Assembly (NCBI RefSeq): GCF_030684315.1
Contig: NC_081372.1
Span: 26,758,095 to 26,822,094 of the forward strand
Length of the DNA stretch: 64,000 bases
Reading direction: 5' to 3'
DNA from: Stegostoma tigrinum
Taxonomy: Eukaryota
The number at the start of each line of letters is the position of its first letter. Position 1 is the stretch's first letter. Made by a program: the position numbers and the translations under genes. Under the pieces are notes generated by a model that did no database searches, was not told the DNA's origin, and was given only the letters and a program-made list of their open reading frames with translations. This document shows positions 55,161 through 64,000 of the stretch, piece by piece.

Positions 55161-55265
55161 TGCGTTGAGGATGGGTCACCGGACCCAAAACATTAACTCT
55201 GATTTTTCTTCAGAAATGCAGCCAGACCTGCTAAGCTTTTCCAGAAACTTGTATTTATATTCCTA
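54762..55265. mobile_element. Second-family pLTR inverted pair (arms about 54762-54894 minus and 55166-55265 plus) enclosing a captured inverted copy of flanking DNA
   Basis: aaaccgaaagaac...ctcagcaggtctggcag.atctgtgaaga...gacccttcctcagaa on the left; tgaggatgggtcaccggacccaaaacattaactct...gccagacctgctaagcttttccag on the right. Confidence 0.85.
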
Positions 55266-56814
55266 AGGTGCTTCTGTTCCTGATTCACAAAAGATTTTTT
55301 CCTTTTGGGCTACACAACATGATTACCCTTACAAACTACCACTTGAACATGAAAGGTTCAGGAAATTGCCACTTTCAGGCTGTGTTGATTTTCCAGAATA
55401 TCCACCCTCTAAGTATCATGAAAATGCAGAACATTGGCATATTAGAATTTCATCTCAGTGACAAAAGTTTCCACATGATAGTTTTTTTCCAAATCTTCCT
55501 TGACAAAATGATGGACTGTAAGGTTCCCCTGTGGGACTCAGATGACCACTAATTTGACTACTCACACAATGTGCAAAGTACTCTTGTATAAAGGGCATCA
55601 ATAATTCATATTTCTATAGTATTCTAATGCATGATCGACCATTTAGCACAGTAATAGATGGCAAGAATATTACTAAGAGGGAGGGACAAAAGTCAAAATG
55701 TTAGGAACAGACAAAATTCCACCCAAAGAGGTGCACAAGTCAGCTTAAGATGGCAATGAAGTTGGATTTGAATTTGAAATCTGATCGTCAGAGATGGAAA
55801 GCTGAAAGAGACTGGAAACAAGGTTAACAGGGAGGTAAAGCAGAGCATCATTGAAGAATGTAAATGCTGACCGTGCTTCCACGTGAAGTCACAAAAGATA
55901 ACACACAAAAGAAAAAGAAGGTGCAAGGAAATCCTGGTGTACATTACTGATGACAATGCAAACACTTGTGCAGAAGTCATTGGAAGCACAGGAATGAAAT
56001 CAAGAGAAAGGCGTGGCAGAAAGATTGCTCATGGATGAAAGGCAAGCATTAAAGGGACAAGATCTCAAAAACAGGGGGTAATGAATTGCACGTAAATACA
56101 GGATGTTTCCAGTGATTCTGTCAAGTGCAGATTCAGACTGCACCTCAGCCAATTAGGAGATAAGTTTAATCCAAGTCACCCACTGGGAAACTAACAGGAG
56201 TGGATTGGAAGCCTGTTTGATATTCTGCCCAACTATTATTGGAGTTATGGGGAAGGGGGATGTGGTGGGAAGAAGGGAATAGAACTGGCAGGAATCCCAT
56301 CTTGCCACTTCTCACCAGGTGGGTTAAGACCAGATTACTTGCTTAATGTTGTAGAACGTAGCATTCAAAACTGGAACCCTCAATCTAAGGGGATTTTTGA
56401 AGCTCTCACATTTATCTAATTTTCATTAGTGACAAGTTAGTGTCCCACAAATTGGACCAAAACTTGTGAAGCCAACAGCTATGAATGACACAATTACATT
56501 GGTCAACTTGTTCCATGACATGTGAATTTCAACAAAGTTGGTGGATGATTTGCACCAATCTGCTGTTACAGTCGCTAAAAAAAGGACCTTGTTCTTAACC
56601 TCTTCCGCCTTGCGAATTTCATGGTGTTAAAAATACACATTTGCAGGCTAATTGTCCATTAAACTCATGACCGAAAGTTACATGTTAATGGCATGAGTAC
56701 CCTTTCAGTGGTGTAAAATGATTAATACCTTCTAGTCAAGCTCCTCTGGCCTAGAAACTGAAAACATTAAACTGTAGAGTCTCATTCCTCCAAGTAGAAG
56801 AGTTTAAAAAGGGC

Positions 56815-56876
56815 CGGAATAATAAAGTGTGGTGCTGGATGAACATAGCAGGCCAAGCAACATCTTAGAAGCACAG
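56815..56876 (-). mobile_element. Short Penelope pLTR fragment lacking the hammerhead
   Basis: aataaagtgtggtgctggatgaacatagcaggccaagcaacatcttagaagcaca is the reverse complement of the pLTR core. Confidence 0.8.
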
Positions 56877-58699
56877 TTCTTTTTAAGAAGATTTTTAAAG
56901 CTTTAAACATGTCTTCTCTTCCCTCTCTGAAGAGAGAGTTGAGAAATCCTACCTGCCAGCTGGTGAGCAGATAGGAGACCCACATTACCTCCTTTCGGTA
57001 AGGCCATTCATATTAAATCTCCTGGATAGCAGTGGGTTTTCCTTGGGACCAACAACCCTGAGGCTGGAGCCTTCAGCCACTCAGAGCTACTGGTCACCAG
57101 AAGCTGCCAGCCCCACTGAATGGCAGCACCATTATGAAGGTGGAAGTCGCTGACAGCAGAAGATTCACCCAGTATTAACTGCTGGATCCCAAAAAGGTCA
57201 CAGGTCAAGGATGGCAGCAGGAGAACCACACAGAGTGGGTACCGAGGAGAACAGAAGATGGTTCTCAGCAGGGCCAACTCTCTTTTCCACCTCATGTCAG
57301 ATCCTTGATCAGGCACTAAGCACCCCTGAACACACAACCCTGTCCCACACCACCACCACATCCAATCCAACCTCCCTTGCACCAACATAGCGCAGAAAAA
57401 CCTGGCACACCGTTCCTCGTCATGTTAACATGGAGAGGCAGAGAGCACCAATACTGTCAGCATGCAGCTCTTAGAAGTGATACTACTTGCAAAACTGAGG
57501 GCATCATTTTCACAATAATTGGGGTGGCCATCCATGAACATCTTCCTCTGGCTTAACTAGGGTGCAGGTTAAAACGTGGCTGGCTTCCCAGTCACTGTCT
57601 ACCACAAACTTAACATGGGAATAGGTATTAAATCCTTCCATTTATTTATCTTTCTGCAGCAGATTTAACATGGAATTAAAAAAAAACTATTTTATGAATA
57701 TTCCACTTTACCGAGTTAGAGGTACAGACAACTCCAGCTCCAAGCCTAGCACCCAGTTCTTTACTATTTTCTAAGACCATTTAATGCAGTTTTGTCGAAG
57801 TTGAAGTTAAACCCAAACACTTTTCCAACCTCGTGCAACCAGTTCCAAAACGATACTTGAAATTCTTCTCAATGCATTCTCCCTCCAAGCTATACAAGTG
57901 TTTATGGCGGTCGCGCCCATGTTAGCACATGAATTACTTTCATAAAAAGTTTATTTGTGCGAGTTTGACTCGTTGACGTTAACTTAGTTTTTCGCTCCAC
58001 AAGACCCGAGTTGCTTCAACTTCTGTTTCATATTTTCAGTATTTGCCTTTTATTACGCAGTATGGTTTATTAACGAATCAAGTAATGGACAGTATGGAAA
58101 TAGGAGGAGGCAGGACATAACAGAACCTTTTTAATCATTGGCCACAGTCCAAAGACCCCACAGTCATCTTACTGCATTAAAGAGAGAATCTACAATTAGC
58201 CCAAGTTAGACAGAGGTCTCACAACTCGTCTCCGGCTGGGGTGGCGGTGTGGGGGAATGCAAGGGATTTCCAGAAATTCCGCAGAATATTCCAACCCGGA
58301 CACATCAATCCACAAAACCCCCTGTGTATATGTGTAATTCACTTCAAGGAAATGATCCACTGTTTCTCTGCGACGGTGCTAATTCCGCAGAGATAACGCC
58401 CTTTAAAAAAACTCCAGTTCCTCAATTTTCGTCGCTCTCTCGCTTCACCACTCCCCCCCCCCCCCCAAAAAAAAGCGCACCATCGACACAAGCATCTTTC
58501 TGTTTAACTCAGAAGTAATCGGCGGGCCATCCGACTGAAAGAGAACATAGCCCTCGGTGCGGAAGTAGCCCACAGACCGACACTTCGGGTCACTGTCACC
58601 GAGAGTTCCAAGCAACAAATCGCAATGTTATTAATTAAAATCACATTCGGACCACCCAGCACCGCTCCCTGCATTTAACTGACCACCTTTCTCTAAATA

Positions 58700-59050
58700 A
58701 ACTTACGCAACCATTGCACAATACCTTCAACAAAAGTTTCAATTAAAGTCAAACATGTACCTTTATTTAATTCCTTATCAACTCTCAGCAAAATCTCCAG
58801 AGGGAGGGGAAAATGGTCGTCTGGATGCTTTCTCGCCTTGGTCACTAGACAGCACCGTAAAGTCCCATAGTTACTCACAGCTGGAGATTTCCAATACTTG
58901 CCTGGTCACTTATTACATTTCATGACCTATTTCCTGGTATGTGGTTGAGCTTGTGAAGGAGTTTTACTCGGCTGCCTAGTGACCACACCCCTGGAGTTGC
59001 TCATTGGTGCTGAGGGGAAGCCATGCTCATTCAGGAGGCGGTGTTTCGGA
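58700..59050 (-). promoter_or_regulatory. Candidate HCK promoter and non-coding first exon
   Basis: Repeat-free, locally CpG-rich region (about 57.9-59.25 kb); minus-strand donors GCT|gtgagt (58873-58878) and TGC|gtaagt (58701-58706); adjacent ETS (CAGGAAAT) and RUNX (TGTGGTT 58940-58946; GACCACA 58981-58987) sites, CACCC, CCAAT (59003-59007), GAGGGGAAG, GC-box-like GGAGGCGG. The first coding exon has an acceptor, so an upstream exon must exist. Confidence 0.5.
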
Positions 59051-59430
59051 CACTGTCAAAGTCTCACTGAGTTTGAGTTTCAACATCAGCTGCCAGCGTT
59101 ATGATGAGGAACAGAAATACACCCCATTAGGCAAGCGACGAAAGCCTACTTAGAGCGATTAAAACGATCAGTAGGTATTCTTTGAATAAACTCTTGCAGT
59201 CGTTTTACGCTCTAGTAGACGGTTCTCATTCAAATATTCTGTTCAGTTTTTTTTCCTTATTGTAATTTGATGAGTCAATGATCTTTAAGAAGACTCCTCT
59301 CGTGAGAGTGATTCTAATACTTCTCAAACTGACAAATTGTTTATACCTTGCATTGCTGGAATTAGCTACAATGGTATACTTTGGGTCTGCTGCAGTACCT
59401 TAAGGTGTGAGACAATTTATGACACAATTA

Positions 59431-59465
59431 GTTCAAGTTCATGTTCATGTTCATGTTCGTGTTCA
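59431..59465. repeat. (GTTCAT)n hexanucleotide repeat, about 6 units
   Basis: gttcaa gttcat gttcat gttcat gttcgt gttcag. Confidence 0.9.
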
Positions 59466-60284
59466 GTGGCTATCTTCCCACATCCGACGGCTGTAAACAC
59501 ACCAGGAAACTAATCAATGGGACACCATCTCAGATGATATTTAAAGCCTGCAGCAATTGGCTCCGACTTGGGTACAGGAAGAAGCTGATTGATAACTAAC
59601 TGGTGTTATTCCATTTAATCTAATTGAAATAAAAGGTTTTTTAAAAAAAATATGATATGGAAGGGCAGCCCAGCCAAGTGGAAGTTTAAATCATGCAGTA
59701 TGTGGAAAGTCATGGACATGCATTCTAGGCAAACACATCTGCAAAATGCATCACTGACAGTAAAAACTTGAGCTCTGAGGTTTTTGAACTTGAACAGCAG
59801 TGGAATCACTCTTGTGAGTGCTTGAGACAGAGAACAACATGGGTAGCATGTTTAGAGAAGTGTTCACACTGCAGTCTGTGCACATATGGGCAAAAAGGGA
59901 AAGGGTGTCTGCCAAGCAGTCTATAAAAACAGGTAAAATCACTATAAGTCGCAGAGAACAATAGGGCTACTCTCTCATTTGGGAGAGATGACAAGTGGTG
60001 GTTTAACCTGAGGATCAGTTGACAAGCAAGGTCAAAAAGGTGGGACCTTCATGGTGACTTCACTAAGTACAGGAATTGACGCCATGCTGCATTACAAACT
60101 AACTATCCAAGCTAAGTGACTTCTGTACCCCAGTACACTCTACAGAAGTCTCCTGAGTTAATCTTGATTGAAAATCAGTTTTCCATTTTTCAAACTGGTG
60201 AGGGTGACTGGTCTTCAAGCCAAGTGCAGCCAGAGCCGTGTTGGTAGCATCACCAATTTCTCAGTAATATTATCAAGGAGGACT

Positions 60285-60605
60285 GAAAATGGAGGAGCAA
60301 GTGATAGAGGATTTCATAGTCAGGGGATCAGAGAACCATTTTTGTGATAGTAAAAATGACCTTAAAATTGTGTGCTTCCCTGGTGCTTGGACCAGATATA
60401 TTGCAGAAAAGCTGTATGACATGCTTTTAGGTAAAGTCAATAACCAGAGGCTGTGGTTCTCATTGGTAATTACATTGGGAGGAAGAGGAATGAGGTTCTA
60501 AAGCAGATTTTAGAGAATTAGGAAGAAAATATGAAAAAAAGGACCTCGAACTGTAATCCCTGTGTTACTCCCAGGACAATGTCAAGTATACATAGGAATA
60601 AGAGT
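60285..60605 (+). mobile_element. CR1 ORF1 (SGNH esterase-like) remnant
   Basis: VIEDFIVRGSENHFCD...IVCFPGA resembles CR1 ORF1 VIGDSIVRG.DRRFC...VCCLPGA; followed by FRELGRK...RTS..VI.GLLP-like remnants. Confidence 0.7.
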
Positions 60606-60950
60606 TTTTACTTGCCACTTTTCTATTGCCTGTTACCAGGTTTATTCATTTTGATTTGAGCTACGCTTCAGGTTCTCATGCCCCCAACAAATTTGGTTAA
60701 ATTTTCCCATCAGCACTTGCAAACCTCCCAGTTTCATCCTTGCAATCGAAGATTAATACTGCCAGTGAATAGTACAACTAACAATCATGTTGCAACCCCC
60801 ACAGATAGACAGATGAGAAAAAGGTTACAATCTTAGTTTGTGTAACAGAATATCCTAACTCCTACCTCGACTTATTGAGGGAATAAAATATTTAAGTGTT
60901 TGCAAAGAATTATTTGCTTTTGACTAAGTAACTGGTTATTAAATGAGAAT

Positions 60951-62591
60951 TGTCACAGAAATCAAAGATTTTGAAAAGTATGCAAACTTACACAGTGTGC
61001 CAAACGTTTAGTCCCAGATTGGACCAGGCTTCAAGACTAAACAGGAATGACTATTTATTGTAAGTAAATCGACTTTAACTCGAGATAAACAGTTGTAAGT
61101 ATTGCCACATAACATTGCTAATTAAAACTCTAATCCCCTTAAAAACATACAGACATTGGATAAAACAAAATAGATTGTGGACGGAGGTGAAACACCAAAA
61201 AGACAGTTCATTCATCCTTATTCCCAGGTACTGTCAGTGAGGTGATTTTTATAACTTTTTTAATGGCCAGCGTGTTGCTTTAATCATCTTTCTCTGGTTT
61301 CTTCCACTAGTTGGTGAGAGACGCAAGGTAACTGGTACACTTATATAAAATCTCTGATTTATCAGTTAAAAGTCACAGTATACAACAACTGCTCCAGGAA
61401 AAACAAAATGGTTTTCTTCAGATTCATAGTATGTTTTGACCACACAGAAGAGCAAGGTTGCTTCTGAATCTGGGACGAACTGAACACTTTTCATTCGCTA
61501 CCTGGAACTTTTCCTAATTTCAGTCTGTTCAGTTACCTAGGAACTAATTACTGAACTGTTGGTAGGAGAAAGATTATCTGTCATTGATAACTGGTCACTA
61601 GTCCATAGACCAACAGGTTCTGCCAGGAAAAGCTACATCTGAACATGCCCTAAGATCCAGATCATCTGCAACTCAAACTTTAATTACAACTCTAACTCAC
61701 TTCAGACCACAGCTTTTTTTTAAAACAAAGACTAAATAAAAAGACATAATCGTTGCACTTTCAAGACAGACTGCATTTTTCAGTACCTGTCTTTGACTCC
61801 TTACTGCTTCAAAATGGATCAACAACACAAAATTGGAATGAAATTTCATATTCCAGGATGTGAGTTGTAAAATTATAGAAGCAGGCCATTTGGCCCATCA
61901 AGTCCATATCAACCCTCCAAACAGCATCCACCCAGACCACTGACCCCAGGACCATTTCCGTGTAACTCTGAATTTCCACGTCTAATCCACCTAGCCTGAC
62001 CAGAGCACCCAGAGGAAACCCACAGAGACAGGGGAAGAATGTGTAAACTCCATTTTTTTTACAGGTGATATTTATAAAATAGTTATTGTCAAATGTTCTG
62101 CTTTACAGTATACTGTATTCACACAAGTGAAAAGGTGCAGGATTCCGGAAAATTTCAAGACATGATCCCATCTGATTTTGGATTGGAGCAAATTCAGGTC
62201 AGATTTCAAATTTATATGATTTTATATCCCGTTGATTTCAATGGATCTTAAGATCAGACAATTGTAAAGTAGACATCTGAGGGGAGTTGTAAAAATCACC
62301 TCACTGACAGTACCTGAGAACTAAAATTACTGAACTGTCTTTTCAGTGTTTCACCTCTGTCCATAATCTATTTTATTTCATCTGTTTGTCTGTGTGATTT
62401 TAAGGGAATTAGTGTTTTAATTAGCAATGTTATATGACAATACTTAAAACTGTTTACCTCTTGCTAAAGTCTACTTACTTACAATAAATAATTATTCCTG
62501 TTAAGTATTAAAACCTTGTTCAATCTGGGACTGTAAGTCAGATATACTGTGGAAGATTGCACACTTTTTAAAATCTTTGGCTTTTGTGACA
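60951..62591. repeat. Long inverted repeat, arms 60951-61256 and 62285-62591 (about 305 bp), LTR-like ends
   Basis: tgtcacagaaatcaaagattttgaaaagt...caggtactgtcagtgaggtgattttt versus aaaaatcacctcactgacagtacctg...actttttaaaatctttggcttttgtgaca; AATAAA inside the arm. Confidence 0.9.
61876..62052 (-). mobile_element. HE1/V-type SINE fragment
   Basis: tagaagcaggccatttggccc tail; ctaatccacctagcctg; gagcacccagaggaaacccacagagacaggggaagaatgtgtaaactcca. Confidence 0.8.
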
Positions 62592-62684
62592 ACTCAAAAT
62601 AGCAGGTCTTGATTTCTAGCCTGCAACCTCAGTGGAACATAACGAAAAGTTGTTTGTTAAATTTTCCACTCAGGCAGGAAATTA

Positions 62685-64000
62685 GAGTCATAGAGTAACA
62701 CAGCATGGAAACGAGGTCTTCGGTCCAAACTAATCCAAGCTGACCATGGTGCCCACATGAACCAAATTGCCTGCATTTTGGTCCATATCCCTCTAAACCC
62801 TTCTCATCCATGTACCTATCGAAATGGCTTTTAAATGTTGCTATTGTACCTGCCTCAACCACTTTCTCTGACAGCCCATTCCATGTATGCACCACTCTCT
62901 GCATGAAGAAGTTGCCCCTCATGTCCTTCTTAAATCTATCCCCTCTCACCTTAAACCTATACCCTCTAGTTTTCAATTCCCCATCCCTGGGAAAAAGACT
63001 ATATACATTCATCCTATCTATGTCCCTCATGATTTTATAAACCTCAATAAGATCACCCCTCATTGTCCTATATTCCAAGGAGTAATGTTCTATCCTTGCC
63101 AACCTTTCCCTGTAATTCAGGCCAACTAGTCCTGGCAACATGCTCATAAATTTTCTTTGCACACTTTCTAATTTAACTATGCCTTTCCTAAACCGAATGC
63201 CAAAACTGTGCTCAATACTCCAAGCACAGCCTCACCAACAACTGATACAAATGTAACATTACATCCCAATTCCTATAAATGTTTTGACCGATGAAGGGCA
63301 GCACACTAAGTGCCTTCTTGATCTTCATGTCTACCTGTGATTCTGCTTTCAATGAACCCTGTACTTGCACTCCTCGGTCTCTCTGCTCCACAACACTCCT
63401 CAGGACCTTACCATTTACTGTACAAGTCCTACCTTGGTTTGACTTTCCATAGTGCAACACCTCACACTTATCTGTATTGAATTACTTGTGGGGAGGCAAT
63501 GGCCTAGTGATATTATCAGTGCACTGTACATCCAGAGACCCAGACAATGTTCTGGGGTCTCAGCATCGCAGATCATCACCAGTGGGTGGAATTTCAATTC
63601 AATAAATGTCTGGAATTAAGAATCTAATTATGACCATGAATCCATTGTTGATTGTCAGGAGAAAACCATCTGGTTCACTAATGTCCCTTAGTGACAGTGA
63701 TTACAAGTGACCCCAGGCCCACAGCAATGTGGTTGACTTTTAACAGTCCTCCGGCCAATAAATGCTGACCTAGCCAGCAAATGAATGAATAAAAAGGGAA
63801 TGGCATTTTCCAATGCTCAGCCCACTTCCTCATCTGATCACGATCCCTCTGTAATTTTTGATAACTTTCTCCACTATCAGCGATATCTCCTAATTTTGTG
63901 TCATCCACAAATGTACTAATCATGCCTTGTATATTCATATCCAGATCATTTAAGTAAATGACAAATAACAAAGGTCCCGGCACCAACCCCTGTGGCACAC
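62685..64000 (-). mobile_element. CR1-type LINE (RT to 3' end), continues beyond the right edge, with nested Deu-type SINE
   Basis: ORFs VPQGLVPGPLLFVIYLNDLD...FVDDTKLG; LHYGKSNQGRT.TVNGKVL; ERLARI..YSLE.R.MRGDLIEVYKIM...FFMQRVV..WNGL; tagagtcatagag tail. Confidence 0.92.
63489..63795 (+). mobile_element. Deu-domain (SacSINE1-like) tRNA SINE inserted in CR1
   Basis: ggaggcaatggcctagtg head, ggtggaattt.aattcaataaa..tctggaatt, aaaaccatctggttcactaatgtccct, cacagcaatgtggttgactttt, caataaatgctg..ctagccagc, (atga)n tail. Confidence 0.75.

Overview
Vertebrate (cartilaginous-fish/shark-type) genomic DNA, AT-rich and repeat-dense, not prokaryotic. The only host gene I can support is a minus-strand Src-family tyrosine kinase that matches HCK better than LYN. 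Nine coding exons (28896 down to 1322) splice in frame with GT-AG sites into 342 aa: SH4-unique-SH3-SH2-linker-kinase N-lobe, ending ...[10 protein letters not shown]. The remaining kinase exons lie left of the window, and a candidate CpG-rich promoter/non-coding first exon is at about 58.7-59.05 kb. Introns are filled with CR1 LINE fragments, HE1/V-type and Deu-type tRNA SINEs, a Rex1/Babar fragment, and Penelope-like elements (PLEs) plus many short PLE pseudo-LTR (pLTR) derivatives carrying minimal hammerhead-ribozyme motifs. Most notable: (1) the first coding exon has an in-frame internal donor CCT|GTACGT at the position of the LynA/LynB alternative donor, predicting HckA/HckB isoforms. (2) Hammerhead-bearing pLTR insertions show 14-16 bp TSDs or a palindromic two-arm form, and in two cases abut an inverted copy of host DNA taken from about 140-150 bp away, suggesting fold-back/template-switch capture of flanking DNA. 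(3) One exon has a rare GAG acceptor paired with a perfect TACTAAC branch site, and the SH3 core has unusual substitutions. Family names and human HCK/LYN comparisons are from memory, not database searches. Repeat boundaries are approximate.
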